Shown: positions 1-10,345, counted from the stretch's first letter. The stretch: DNA of 64,000 nt from Dehalococcoidia bacterium (GCA_030740155.1 JASLXV010000074.1:1-64000), one strand, 5' to 3'. Notes: generated from the sequence alone by a model not told the origin. Numbers and translations are program-made.

Positions 1-720
1 GTCCTGCACCACGGAATGGCCAAGAATCACAAGCTGTGGTTCGCCTGGGTGCCCCTCATCGCCAGGCACTACCGGGTAGTACGGCTCGACATGCGGGGCA
101 TGGGGCAGTCCTCGGTGCCCCAACCGGGTTATCCCTGGTCGGTGGATAATTTTGCCAACGATCTCCTGGGCTTTCTGGACAAGCTGGGTCTGGACAAGAT
201 CCACCTGATCGGCGAGACCCTTGGCGGCTCCATCGCCATGCGCTTTGCCACCCTGCATCAGGAACGGCTGCGGTCACTGACCATTTGCACCGCTCCCGCC
301 AGCTTCCTGGGGCCGCACCATGCGGTAAGCGCCGATTTGATCGACCGGGAGGGCATCACCGGCTGGGTAGAACGCTACATCACGCGCCGCCTCGACCCGG
401 AAATGGTGGACCCTGGCCACATCCGATGGTATGCCGCGCAGATGGCGGCCACCCCGGCCCACCTGGTCCGCGACTTCAACCGGAACGCCACCGGCATCGA
501 CCTCCGTCCTTTGCTGAAGGATGTAGAGACCCCTACTCTGGTGCTGGCTCCGGCCCTCCTGCGGGATGAGGTCTGGGGGGATTTTCGCGGAGCCGCCGAA
601 CTGTTCCCCAACGGACGCCTGGTGGTCTTCCCCGGCATCTCGGGGTACGTCCACCACATTCTGCCGGTGCCCTGCGTCCGGGTGTGGCTGGATTTCGTCC
701 GGGGCCTGGACCAGCAATAG
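1..720 (+). CDS. alpha/beta hydrolase fold protein, 5'-truncated by the window edge
   Basis: Frame open from base 1 (VLHHGMAKN); RLDMRGMGQS; atypical nucleophile elbow GETLGG. Confidence 0.85.
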   Translation, partial: VLHHGMAKNHKLWFAWVPLIARHYRVVRLDMRGMGQSSVPQPGYPWSVDNFANDLLGFLDKLGLDKIHLIGETLGGSIAMRFATLHQERLRSLTICTAPASFLGPHHAVSADLIDREGITGWVERYITRRLDPEMVDPGHIRWYAAQMAATPAHLVRDFNRNATGIDLRPLLKDVETPTLVLAPALLRDEVWGDFRGAAELFPNGRLVVFPGISGYVHHILPVPCVRVWLDFVRGLDQQ

Positions 721-874
721 CCCGGCCTGAGGGCGGACCCGGTTCGAATGCCCGGCGTGAGTGCTCCATTCCCCAACTGTTCGAATCGCCTCGCCGCCCG
801 CCAGCATCCTATCCCGGAGACTGCCGCCAAAGCTGCTGCCCTTCGAAACCTCTGAGATTTACGCGGCCCATTTG

Positions 875-903
875 TTGACCCGGCTAGCGGCAACGCATAC
901 AAT
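875..903 (+). promoter_or_regulatory. sigma70-type promoter for the MmgE/PrpD gene
   Basis: TTGACC-17bp-TACAAT. Confidence 0.6.
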
Positions 904-964
904 CTCCCCAGATTGCCGGGGGACTTGACCGGGGCGCACCCCAGCCTTGCCGAGGAGTAGGCGC

Positions 965-2371
965 ATGGCCGATTCGCTGACCCGTACCTTCAGCCGATAT
1001 ATCGTCTCACTCGACTACGATGCGCTGCCCGCAGCGGTGGTGGACAAGCTAAAGGCGTCACTGCTGCACCACCTGATAATTTCCATCGTGGGCGCGGGGA
1101 CCCCCCTGGGCCAGGCCGCCATCGCCCTGGTCAAGGAAGAAGAGGTCAAACCCGACGGCGCGACCATTCTGGTGGAAGGCAGCCGGGCCACCCGCTACGG
1201 CGCCGCCTCGGCCAACAGCAAGCTGATGCACGCCACCAACCAGGCGGACTCCTACCGAATGTTGCTGCACCCGGGCCCCTGCATCATCCCGGCGGGGCTG
1301 GCCACCGCCGAGCTGGGGGGCCACTCCGGCAAAGAGCTGCTCACGGCCCTGGCCATCGGCTATGAGGTGGAGGCCCGGATCGGCGGGGACTTCATCCCAA
1401 CCACCCAGGCCCGCGGCTTCCGTTCCAGCGCGGTGTACGGCACCCTGGGCCCGGCGGTCACCACCGGCAAACTGCTGGGCCTAACCGAGGACCAACTGGT
1501 CACCGCGCTGGCCCTGGCCTGCACCTTCACCGGCGGCACCACCGAAGGGCCCCGCTCCGGCGGCCGGGAGATGGTCTTCCACGAGCCCAACGCCACCCGC
1601 AACGGCATCATGGCCGCCCTGTTGGCTAGGGAGAACGTCCGGGGCTCGGAGTTGGCCCTGGAAGGAGAGGCCGGGTTCTACAACGCCTTCACCGGCAACA
1701 ACCGGGGCGAACTGACCCATGCCTTCCAGGAAGGGCCGCTCCGGACCGAGATGGCCAACGTGGTCGCCGATCTGGGCTCCCGCTGGGAGGTGTTGCACGT
1801 GACGCCGAAGATGTTTCCCACCGCGGGCTACAACAACCCGGTCATCGATCTGATGGCCCGGCTCCGGGCCCAGCACCCGGTTCCCGTGGAGGAGATAGAG
1901 ACCATCACGGTAGATATGAACTGGCTGGAAACCACCTACCCCTCCCCGGCATTCCCCAACCCGGCGCGCCGCGCTCCGGGCCTGGGCAGCACCCAATTTT
2001 ACGCCGCCCATACCTGCGTCCACGGCAGCTACCCTCCCCTCAGCGCCCGAATCGACCCCGGGCAAGGCCCTTCCGGGGAAGACCATGCGGTGACCAGTCT
2101 GATGGAGCGAATCGAGATTGTTGGGCATAAAGACCAGCCCGCCTTCGCGCCCCGAATTACCATTCGTTTGCGGGATGGGTCCCAATTCGACGATCAGTTC
2201 AGAGGCGATGAGCTGGAATGGGACCTGGCCACGGAGATCCGGCGAATCAGCGCCCTATTTGCCGACCTTCCCTGGCCCGAAGACCAGCTCCAGGCCATCG
2301 TCAAGGCTGTTTCCGGTTTGGAGGACCAGCCACGGGTGGACCCCGTGATCCAGCTTTGCATCCGCCGTTAG
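965..2371 (+). CDS. MmgE/PrpD family protein
   Basis: HPGPCIIPA, GYEVEARIG, EGEAGFY motifs; GAGGAG RBS before ATG 965. Confidence 0.85.
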   Translation: MADSLTRTFSRYIVSLDYDALPAAVVDKLKASLLHHLIISIVGAGTPLGQAAIALVKEEEVKPDGATILVEGSRATRYGAASANSKLMHATNQADSYRMLLHPGPCIIPAGLATAELGGHSGKELLTALAIGYEVEARIGGDFIPTTQARGFRSSAVYGTLGPAVTTGKLLGLTEDQLVTALALACTFTGGTTEGPRSGGREMVFHEPNATRNGIMAALLARENVRGSELALEGEAGFYNAFTGNNRGELTHAFQEGPLRTEMANVVADLGSRWEVLHVTPKMFPTAGYNNPVIDLMARLRAQHPVPVEEIETITVDMNWLETTYPSPAFPNPARRAPGLGSTQFYAAHTCVHGSYPPLSARIDPGQGPSGEDHAVTSLMERIEIVGHKDQPAFAPRITIRLRDGSQFDDQFRGDELEWDLATEIRRISALFADLPWPEDQLQAIVKAVSGLEDQPRVDPVIQLCIRR

Positions 2372-2498
2372 AGCATCTGCGTCAGGCCATCCCTGCTCCG
2401 GTCCTGCTGCCGGAGGCCTCCCAGTCGCGTCTCGCCCGCCCGAGTACCGGCTGCGTCCGGCAGCCTCCACAACTATATTATCTGGAGCGGCAAACCTT

Positions 2499-3458
2499 AT
2501 GAAACGTCCATCAACCGGGGCAGCCGTTGAGGAAAGGTCCACATGTGCCCGGCTGGCCCGCCGCCTGGGCAGCCTCTGGGCCGGCCTCCTGGTGCTGGTT
2601 GCCATCGCCGCGTGTTCCTCCTCACCCACCGGCACCCCGGTACCCAGCACCCCCGGGCCCACCACCCCGCAGGTCCAGGTGGTGATCGTCTCCACCGACA
2701 TTGCCGTGGGGAGCAACCGGGTGGTCTTTGGGCTGGTGGATCAGAACGGGATGCCGGTGCGGGCCGCGGAGGCCCAGGTGCGGGCCATCTATCTCCCGCC
2801 GGATCAGGGTACCGCCGAGGCGCGGGTAGCCGCCACCGCCCAGTTTTTTCAGTGGCCGACGGGTTCCCAAGGAATCTTCAAGACCAACCTGGACTTCAAT
2901 ACCCCCGGCGCCTGGCGGTTGGAGGTAGACGTCACGACGGACGACGGAACACCCGTCGCGGCTCGGGGGACACTTGCGGTGAGGCCGCAGTCCCTCACAC
3001 CGGCCATCGGGTCTCGGCCGCCCCCCAGTTCAACCCCAACACTAGACTCGGTGGACGACCTGACGACCATCACCAGCTCCACCGACCCTGACCCAGACCT
3101 GTACCGTCTTTCGATTAACGACGCCCTGAAGGAGGAACAGCCCCTGGTGGTGGTGTTCGCGACCCCGGCCTTCTGCGTGTCGGCTACCTGCGGTCCCCAG
3201 GTGGAGATCGTCTCAAGCCTGAAAGAGCGGTTCGCCGGCAAGGCCAACTTCATTCATGTCGAGGTGTTCGCAAATCCCCACGAAATGGAAGCCGGCCGCC
3301 CTGCTGGAGGCTTCGTCCCGGCGGTGAGCGAGTGGAGTCTGCCCACCGAACCGTGGACCTTTATCATGGACCACAGCGGGGTAGTGGCCGCCAAGTTCGA
3401 AGGGTTCACCACCCTGGACGAGCTTGAGGTGGCGCTCCAAAAGGTAATCACCGGCTAG
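2499..3458 (+). CDS. lipoprotein with C-terminal thioredoxin-like domain (CX4C)
   Basis: Lipobox IAAC; TPAFCVSATCGP; LPTEPWTF; start codon uncertain. Confidence 0.7.
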   Translation: MKRPSTGAAVEERSTCARLARRLGSLWAGLLVLVAIAACSSSPTGTPVPSTPGPTTPQVQVVIVSTDIAVGSNRVVFGLVDQNGMPVRAAEAQVRAIYLPPDQGTAEARVAATAQFFQWPTGSQGIFKTNLDFNTPGAWRLEVDVTTDDGTPVAARGTLAVRPQSLTPAIGSRPPPSSTPTLDSVDDLTTITSSTDPDPDLYRLSINDALKEEQPLVVVFATPAFCVSATCGPQVEIVSSLKERFAGKANFIHVEVFANPHEMEAGRPAGGFVPAVSEWSLPTEPWTFIMDHSGVVAAKFEGFTTLDELEVALQKVITG

Positions 3459-3522
3459 CCGCCGGGTTCCAACCCTCACACCCCATAACCGGGGCCGGCC
3501 GGCCCCTTGTAGAAGGCTTGGC

Positions 3523-3984
3523 CTAGTCGGTGATTTCCACCGCCACCAGGGTGTCGCCATCCGCAACGTAGAGCACCTCTACTGGGTGGCCGAGTAATTG
3601 GTGCTCTCGGAGGTGGGAAGGGGTAAATCCCACGGAGCCGGCACGCGACGTGAAGGTCCAATTCTTCCCAGCCTCGTCGCGGATCGTCAGGCTCTCTAGC
3701 TCGATAATGGTCCGTCCCTCGACCGCCACCACCAAACCACGGACTAGCCCACCGCTCTCCGGGGTGGCCTCCGTGCTACTCCCACAGCCCGGCAACAGGG
3801 CCAGGGCCAGCACCAGGGCGGCAGCGGTCACACTGATGAGTCCCCATGGTCTCCTTTGCCCGGAGAAACGGGCACCCACACGGGTCGCCCACCCCCTGTC
3901 CTGTTTGCCAAGCCTGATCTCGCCGGCCCCGGTCGAGTTGCCGTGGCCCTTGGCCGGGCTTTCTGTTCGCTTTACGTCACTCAT
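3523..3984 (-). CDS. hypothetical lipoprotein, possible His metal site (SHLREH)
   Basis: Hydrophobic stretch plus LPGC lipobox; small beta-rich domain; start uncertain. Confidence 0.6.
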   Translation of the reverse strand: MSDVKRTESPAKGHGNSTGAGEIRLGKQDRGWATRVGARFSGQRRPWGLISVTAAALVLALALLPGCGSSTEATPESGGLVRGLVVAVEGRTIIELESLTIRDEAGKNWTFTSRAGSVGFTPSHLREHQLLGHPVEVLYVADGDTLVAVEITD

Positions 3985-4109
3985 ACGCGTTGTCCAGAAT
4001 AATACCATATGGCCCCGGCAACCCCGCCGGATAACCCGGCCCGCTCCACCGGCTGCCCCGTAGCTGGCGCCGTGGGGATTGGAGTGCCGGTCCGAAGAGG
4101 AAAGCTCCA

Positions 4110-4138
4110 TTGACAACCCCCAAGGGCTATGTTAGTTT
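4110..4138 (+). promoter_or_regulatory. sigma70 promoter upstream of the ctaA leader
   Basis: TTGACA-17bp-TAGTTT with extended -10 TG. Confidence 0.6.
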
Positions 4139-4360
4139 GCGGGTCAGATTTCGTACTTTGTCCGGGGTAACCAGCGTTCCGCGGCCCCCGGTGGGTTCGG
4201 CCATCGGGCCGGACCTGTATTGATGACCGTACGTGTGCAGCAGGGTCTTACCAACGACCGAACGGGCACCCTCGAACGAGATTCGTCGAGCCCAAGCCGC
4301 CGGCGGGCCTCCAGCCTGGGTCGCGCTGCCATTTGCTGCTGCGCATTTTCTGAGGTATTG

Positions 4361-5317
4361 ATGGCGGTAGCCGAGACCGGCGCACTTCATCATCCTTCTT
4401 GCAAGGTCCGGACATGGTTTCGCGGTCTATCTTTGGCCACAGTGTTGTCGGCTTTCGCCCTGGTGGTGCTCGGGGGCGTGGTCCGGGTCACCGGGTCGGG
4501 ACTGGGTTGCCCCGACTGGCCGCTGTGCCACGGCAACCTCCTGCCGCCTCTGGAGACAGAAGCGATCATCGAATACAGTCACCGGCTGGTGGCGTCCGCC
4601 CTGGTGGGCCCCCTGGTCCTGGCTACCTGCGGCCTCGCCTGGATAGCGTTTCGCCGGGATCGCTGGCTGACCATCCCGTCCGCGGCGGCGCTGGCGCTGC
4701 TGGTGGCCCAAGCCATCTTGGGCGGCGTGACGGTGGTCAACGAGTTGCCCGGTGAAGTCGTGCTAGCCCATCTGGCCCTGGGCGAGGCCTTGCTCGCGTG
4801 CCTGGTGTTCATCTCGGTTATCGCCTACCGCGGGCCGCCGGGCCTTCCCGCGGCGGAACGAGCGGGCAGCTTTCCGTGGCTGTCCCTCGCGGCGGCAGGC
4901 GCCGTCTACGTCCTCCTCATGTCCGGGTCTTATGTGACCAACACCGGAGCCACCGGCGCGTGTCTCGACTGGCCCTTGTGCCAGGGGGATGTTATTCCGG
5001 AGCATCGGTTGCAGATGATACACATGGCCCACCGGTATGTGGCCGCCGTTGCCGGGCTGTTCCTGGCGTTCGTTCTGTATACGGGGATCCGCCAGGGAGA
5101 CCGGCCCGAGTACGTCGGGTTGATGTCGAAGGGCATAGCGGCCCTATTCCTGGCCCAGGTGTTGATTGGTGCGGTCACCGTGTGGCTGAAGTTTCCGGCG
5201 GACTTCAGAGCGCTCCACCTGGGCCTGGCCACGGCGATTTGGGGAACGCTGGTGGTGCTGGCGGCCCTGAGTTTTACCGGGCAGCGTCTCCCGGCCAGGG
5301 AGCCGGCCAATGCTTGA
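4361..5317 (+). CDS. ctaA: heme A synthase (COX15/CtaA)
   Basis: GLGCPDWPLCHG, EYSHR, CLDWPLC, HMAHR motifs; about 8 TM segments. Confidence 0.93.
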   Translation: MAVAETGALHHPSCKVRTWFRGLSLATVLSAFALVVLGGVVRVTGSGLGCPDWPLCHGNLLPPLETEAIIEYSHRLVASALVGPLVLATCGLAWIAFRRDRWLTIPSAAALALLVAQAILGGVTVVNELPGEVVLAHLALGEALLACLVFISVIAYRGPPGLPAAERAGSFPWLSLAAAGAVYVLLMSGSYVTNTGATGACLDWPLCQGDVIPEHRLQMIHMAHRYVAAVAGLFLAFVLYTGIRQGDRPEYVGLMSKGIAALFLAQVLIGAVTVWLKFPADFRALHLGLATAIWGTLVVLAALSFTGQRLPAREPANA

Positions 5318-6227
5318 ACAACTGGGACTGATAAAGCCGGGCCTGGGAAGGTACGCCTGGTTGGCGCGGCTTCTCGCCGATTACCTGGCGTTGACCAAGC
5401 CCCCGATCATCATGCTGCTGCTGATCACCGCACTGGGTGGCATGTTCCTGGCCGCGGGAGGCGTGCCCCGGCTGAGCGTGCTCCTGCTGGTGTGCGCCGG
5501 TGGAGCACTGGCGGCGGGCGGCGCCAACGCCCTCAACCATTACCAAGACCACCGGATCGACGGGATGATGTCCCGCACCTGGCAACGCCCGCTTCCCTCA
5601 GGCCGGATATCGCGTCGCCAAGCCCTCATCGCCGGGATTCTCTTAAACGTGGCGGCCTTTGCCTCCCTGGCTGCCTGGGTCAACCTTCTGGCGGCGTCGC
5701 TGACTTTGCTAGCGACACTGATCTACGTGTTCGTCTACACCGGCTGGCTGAAGCGGCGTACCCCACAAAACATCGTCATCGGCGGCACCGCCGGGGCGAT
5801 CCCCCCCGTGGTGGGTTGGGCCGCGGTGACCGGGGGCCTGGAGTTGCCCGCTCTGTACCTCTTCGCCATCATCTTCCTCTGGACGCCGCCCCACTTCTGG
5901 GCGCTGGCCCTGCTGATGCAGCGAGACTACCAGAAGGCCGGTATACCCATGCTTCCCGTGGTCTCGGGCCGGCCCTACACCGCCTTGAACATCTTGGCCT
6001 ACACGCTGGCCCTGGTCGCCCTGACCCTGGCGTTCGCGGCCACCTCCGCCGTGGGCTGGGTCTACCTGGGCGTGGCGGCGCTCCTGGGAGGCGGGTTTCT
6101 CGCGTTGGCCTGGCGGTTGACGAGGACCATCTCTTCCCGGAACGCCCGGCGGCTCTATCTCTACTCTCTGCTCTACCTGGCCCTGCTGTTCACCGCGATG
6201 ATGGTGGACAGCGCGGCTACTCTCTGA
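5310..6227 (+). CDS. ctaB: protoheme IX farnesyltransferase
   Basis: LTKP, DHRIDGMMSRT..RPLPSG, LKRRTPQNIVIGG, WTPPHFWAL. Confidence 0.95.
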   Translation: MLEQLGLIKPGLGRYAWLARLLADYLALTKPPIIMLLLITALGGMFLAAGGVPRLSVLLLVCAGGALAAGGANALNHYQDHRIDGMMSRTWQRPLPSGRISRRQALIAGILLNVAAFASLAAWVNLLAASLTLLATLIYVFVYTGWLKRRTPQNIVIGGTAGAIPPVVGWAAVTGGLELPALYLFAIIFLWTPPHFWALALLMQRDYQKAGIPMLPVVSGRPYTALNILAYTLALVALTLAFAATSAVGWVYLGVAALLGGGFLALAWRLTRTISSRNARRLYLYSLLYLALLFTAMMVDSAATL

Positions 6228-6383
6228 CCAACCTGCTGGTTGATCGTCCGGGCATTTGCCACGGCAGCCGCATTCTATTAGAGTGACGGTTGGTAGAGTG
6301 ACGTAAGGAGGGCCGGGGCCCTTCCGGCGGACAACCCCATTTGAACGGTCCCGGCCCTCCCGGACTGAATAGGAGCAGCGCGA

Positions 6384-7073
6384 ATGCAGGCAGAACGACA
6401 CCAGGGCAACGGTTTGCAGTATCTGACGGTATTGCCCGACGGCTACCAGCCGGAGCTGCGCTATCCCCTGGTTATCCTGCTGCACGGCTTCGGGGCCAAC
6501 ATGCAGGACCTGGCCGGGTTGGCCCCGGTCATTAACGCAACGGGATACGTTTATGCCTGCCCCAACGCACCACTCGCCTTCGACATGGGTTTTGGGCAGG
6601 CGGGCTACGGCTGGATGTCACCTCAGGGCCAGAACACCCCGGAGGAGGTCGAGACCGCCGAGGCCCTCCTGGCCGAGTTCTTCGACGAGGTGATTCAGCA
6701 GTTCCAAGTTGCGCCGGGACAGGCCATACTACTCGGCTTCTCCCAGGGTGGCGGCATGACTTACCGTTGCGGGCTCACCCGTGCCGAGACCTTCGCCGGC
6801 CTGGTGGCCCTGAGCGCCTCCCTGCGCGATCCGGGAGATCTGGAAACCCGCTTGCCCCAGGACCGGAGCCAGCCAATCTTCATCGCCCACGGCCGGGCCG
6901 ACCCGATGGTCTCGGCGTATGGCGCACACCGGACCCTCGCGTTCCTGAAAGAAAAGGGGTACAGCCCGGAATTCCACGAATACGATATGGGCCACGAAAT
7001 AAATGGGGACGTACTCAGCGACCTGGTTCCCTGGATGGCAAAAGTGCTCCCGCCACTAACGCCTGGCGCCTAG
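6384..7073 (+). CDS. phospholipase/carboxylesterase
   Basis: LHGFGA, GFSQGG, HGRADP, MGHEI. Confidence 0.88.
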   Translation: MQAERHQGNGLQYLTVLPDGYQPELRYPLVILLHGFGANMQDLAGLAPVINATGYVYACPNAPLAFDMGFGQAGYGWMSPQGQNTPEEVETAEALLAEFFDEVIQQFQVAPGQAILLGFSQGGGMTYRCGLTRAETFAGLVALSASLRDPGDLETRLPQDRSQPIFIAHGRADPMVSAYGAHRTLAFLKEKGYSPEFHEYDMGHEINGDVLSDLVPWMAKVLPPLTPGA

Positions 7074-7121
7074 CTCGAGGGCGCGCCGCGTCGGCCAGTA
7101 TCGCGCAAAGCGGCCCGGCGA

Positions 7122-7535
7122 CTAGTCGTGTTTCCAGCCGGTCACCCGGGTCACACCGATGTCAATCAGCAGCATTGGGCCCTCGGAAAGCATTAATTTG
7201 GCGTAGGCCGGGCCCTCTTCCGGACCGCAGTACTGGACACAGATACGCTCGATCACCTGGAGCAGGTTATCGTCGGTGATCCGGCCCGTTCCCTCCAGCA
7301 CCACGTATTTGTAGGGCCGCTGGTCGGTGGCGATGGAGAGGGCAACCACCGGGTTTCGCCGGATGTTGCGCATCTTCACCGCATTGGCGTAGGCCATCAC
7401 CAGGGCGTGGCTGCCCTCGGCCAGGTACCATACCGGAGCCATGTGGGGCCGGCCGTCGGGCTGCAGCGTAACCAGGTGGGCCACGTGGGGCTCCGCCAGA
7501 TACTCCTCAATCTCCTGTTTGCTGAGCACGACCAT
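7122..7535 (-). CDS. PPOX-class probable F420-dependent oxidoreductase
   Basis: TLQPDGRPHMAPVWY, KMRNIRRNPVVAL. Confidence 0.85.
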   Translation of the reverse strand: MVVLSKQEIEEYLAEPHVAHLVTLQPDGRPHMAPVWYLAEGSHALVMAYANAVKMRNIRRNPVVALSIATDQRPYKYVVLEGTGRITDDNLLQVIERICVQYCGPEEGPAYAKLMLSEGPMLLIDIGVTRVTGWKHD

Positions 7536-7606
7536 CCGGGTCCTCCACTACCGGTCACTGCCGGACTCGTTCTAGCGCGACCTCCCCACCGGAACAAGCC
7601 CTCGGG

Positions 7607-8437
7607 TTAGCGTGCGGCGTCGCCCAGGAGACGCTTCAGGTGGTCCCTGCTGCGGAGAACGCTGCCCTCCACGTCGGCTTCATTCCGGGTCTCCATGACC
7701 AGCGCGAAGGGGTAGGGACGCAGGGAATCGATCCACTGGTTGAAGTCGACACCTCCCGGGCCCAGTTCCAGGTGGTCCCGTTGCCCGTCGCTATCGTGGA
7801 TATGGATGTGCCGGAGGAAGGGGGCGAAGGTTTCAAAAGCGTCGGTCAGGCCATCGGACAGGTAGGCATGGCCCGTGTCAAGGGTAATCTTCACCGCCGG
7901 GCTGCCCAGGTTCTTGACCAGGTCCCGCAACTCCCCGTAGCTCCGGATTACCTCGCCCGGATTATGATGCAGGTTTTCCATGCCCACGACCACACCTTCA
8001 GCCTCGGCCTTCGGGACGACGGCGCGCAGGAAGTCCTTCAGGTTAACCGTCGCTTCCCTTCTGACTTCTTCGCTGGCATCTTCGGGGGCGACGTCGGGGC
8101 AGTCGATGGGGCCGGGATGGACCACCACAACCCTGGCGCCGATTTCCCCGGCTAGTTCCAGCGTGTCCTCCAGCTCTTTCAGGTGCCGGTCACGGCGCGC
8201 CGGATCGTGGGAAGCCGGGGCGACCCCACGGTGGATGAAATGGATCGAAAGGTCAACGCCGTGGACCGCTGCTTGCAACCGCAGGTAGCGACGGTCCGCC
8301 CGGCTGAGGACCTGGGGAAAGAAGGTGTAGGAGCCCAACTCCAGGCCATGAAACCTGTGCCGGATGACGAAGTCCAGGGCGTCACAGGCTTGGGCCTCCC
8401 GCCCGAAGGAGAAAGTGGAAACGGCAATGGTGGACAT
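7607..8437 (-). CDS. sugar phosphate isomerase/epimerase (xylose isomerase-like TIM barrel)
   Basis: VVHPG, MEN, LDTGHA, HIHIHDSDGQRDH; AGGAGG RBS. Confidence 0.85.
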   Translation of the reverse strand: MSTIAVSTFSFGREAQACDALDFVIRHRFHGLELGSYTFFPQVLSRADRRYLRLQAAVHGVDLSIHFIHRGVAPASHDPARRDRHLKELEDTLELAGEIGARVVVVHPGPIDCPDVAPEDASEEVRREATVNLKDFLRAVVPKAEAEGVVVGMENLHHNPGEVIRSYGELRDLVKNLGSPAVKITLDTGHAYLSDGLTDAFETFAPFLRHIHIHDSDGQRDHLELGPGGVDFNQWIDSLRPYPFALVMETRNEADVEGSVLRSRDHLKRLLGDAAR

Positions 8438-8570
8438 GGCCTGCCTCCTATTGCAACCTAGCGAGTCTGGTGTCTCGTCATTGGCTCGATAACCGGTTCG
8501 GTAATCCGGGCTTGGTGGATTGTCGGTCATCCCCTGATACCGGGTCCCCTATCGGCATGATACCGCCTGT

Positions 8571-8640
8571 CCGTCATCCCGGCGAAGGCCGGGATCCAGG
8601 CACGGCATCTCTGGATTCCGGCCTTCGCCGGAAAGACGGG
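8571..8640. repeat. REP-like palindrome family A (CCGTCATCCCGGCGAAGGCCGGGATCCA...TGGATTCCGGCCTTCGCCGGAAAGACGG)
   Basis: Long inverted repeat; second copy at about 39131-39198. Confidence 0.8.
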
Positions 8641-8849
8641 GTTTTGAAGCGTATTACGAGACGGTGCACTGGACCGGGCTGTCCCGCTCCCGCGTCCGAG
8701 TCGCCGCGACGGCCCGGCCCACGGTGTACCTCAATATAGCATACCGGCTTACCGCCCGTAAGCAGGCCCGGTTTTGGGAGCGCCCGGACGCCAACCATTG
8801 CCGCCGGCCGCCCGCAATGTGGTACGGGAACGTGGTATAGAATGGTCTG

Positions 8850-10001
8850 GTGAAAGGTCGCCAGAAGCTGCGAGAGAGCGGGGTGCGTAGCCATGGACTG
8901 CGGCTGCTGCCGGCCCTGCTCGCCCTCCTGGCGTCCCTGGCTCTGCCAGCCTGCAGTGGCGCCACGGCCCCCTCCCCGGCCCCCACGGCAACTCCTGTTC
9001 CGGTCGCGGCCCCCACGGCCGCCCCACTGATCACGCTGCCCGAGGATGAAGGGGCCCACGATGCCGGGATCGAGTGGTGGTATTTCAACGGACACCTGGC
9101 CGACAGCGCCGGCGGCCGGTACAGCTTCCACTTCGTCACCTTTCAGAGTGCCGCCGGCACGGCGGCGACCGCCCAGCTTATCCAGCTTAGCTGGGGCGAT
9201 CATGCCAGAGGGCTCTACCTGACCGAGGAAAAAGCCAACCTCACCGCGCCGGTACGCTCGCCGGGACGGTTCGATGTCCGGAATTCCGGGTGGTCGATGC
9301 GAGGCGACGGCGTGGACTACGCGCTCTCTTTTGATATCGGAGGCGGCACCGGGAATTACTCCATTCAGCTCACGGCAACCTCCCGGAAACCTGCCGCGCT
9401 CCACCAGGGCACCGGCCTGGCAAGCCTCGGGCCCGCCGGCGATACCTTCTACTACTCCCGTACCCGTCTGGACGCCTCGGGCACGCTGGAGATCGACGGG
9501 CAGCTCCGAGAGGTGACGGGCTCCTCCTGGATGGACCACCAGTGGGGCGACATCACCGGCCAGCAGGTGGGCTGGGACTGGATGAGCCTCCAGTTTGACG
9601 ACGGCTCGGAGCTGATGGCGGCCCTGGTTTGGGACCCCGGCGGGCGCCAGCCCTTCGCCGCCTACGGGACCCGCATCGCTCCGGACGGGACCGTCCGGCA
9701 TCTGGATGGGGACGACCTCCATTTGACCCCGAAGGGCGCCTGGACCAGCCCGGCCACGGGGGTGGTCTATCCCATGGGCTGGGATTTCAGCGTTGCATCG
9801 CTGGAACTGGACCTGGCCCTGATACCCGAGCAGCAAGACGCCGAGTTCGCCGGCAGCCGCTTCGTGCCCGCAGCCTACTGGGAAGGGGCAGTGTCGGTGG
9901 CAGGGACCGCGGCGGGTGCAGCGGTCTCCGGCAGGGGGTTCGTGGAGCTAGTGGGCTACGATCCGCGCCAGACCGTACCCACTCTTCCAACGCCAGAGTA
10001 G
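8850..10001 (+). CDS. lipocalin-like AttH/CrtC family lipoprotein
   Basis: EWWYFNGHL, YYSRTR, WMDHQWG, WDWMSLQ, YWEGAV; LPAC lipobox. Confidence 0.85.
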   Translation: MKGRQKLRESGVRSHGLRLLPALLALLASLALPACSGATAPSPAPTATPVPVAAPTAAPLITLPEDEGAHDAGIEWWYFNGHLADSAGGRYSFHFVTFQSAAGTAATAQLIQLSWGDHARGLYLTEEKANLTAPVRSPGRFDVRNSGWSMRGDGVDYALSFDIGGGTGNYSIQLTATSRKPAALHQGTGLASLGPAGDTFYYSRTRLDASGTLEIDGQLREVTGSSWMDHQWGDITGQQVGWDWMSLQFDDGSELMAALVWDPGGRQPFAAYGTRIAPDGTVRHLDGDDLHLTPKGAWTSPATGVVYPMGWDFSVASLELDLALIPEQQDAEFAGSRFVPAAYWEGAVSVAGTAAGAAVSGRGFVELVGYDPRQTVPTLPTPE

Positions 10002-10079
10002 GCGGTGGCCCCCGCCCCGCTGGGGCACCCGGTGCGGCCGGCTCCCGGATGGCCCTCAAGAACCGGCGGCGCTCGCCTC

Positions 10080-10108
10080 TTGCGCCCCCGGCAGCGCGGG
10101 ATTATTAT
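10080..10108 (+). promoter_or_regulatory. putative promoter of the gcv operon
   Basis: TTGCGC-17bp-TATTAT. Confidence 0.45.
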
Positions 10109-10345
10109 TTTGAGTAGGGCATCCACGATACTTCGTTCATTGAATTCCCGGTGTTCCCACCAACATTCCAGCAGACTCCGGTGGGACTCACCTACACCAC
10201 GGCCACGGCCCCCGGTGCCTGTAAAGCCGGGAAGAGGCTCGGGCCCGCACGCTCCGATGGGGGGATGGGAGAGCAGGGCGCCGGTTGGCAGACCATTCAC
10301 TGGGCCAGGCGTCCGTTTCTTCCAGGGGAGGAGGTTCACCTCAAG

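Noticed and set aside
8574..9836. Long opposite-strand ORFs (also 9956-11188, 41976-43361, 43331-44605, 59556-60920)
   Set aside because: High-GC antisense shadows of well-supported genes with no recognisable motifs
10110..10345. Glycine riboswitch or tRNA-Tyr (CTGTAAA loop) upstream of gcvT
   Set aside because: No CCGAAG/CUCUCAGG aptamer core and no cloverleaf or TTCGA arm
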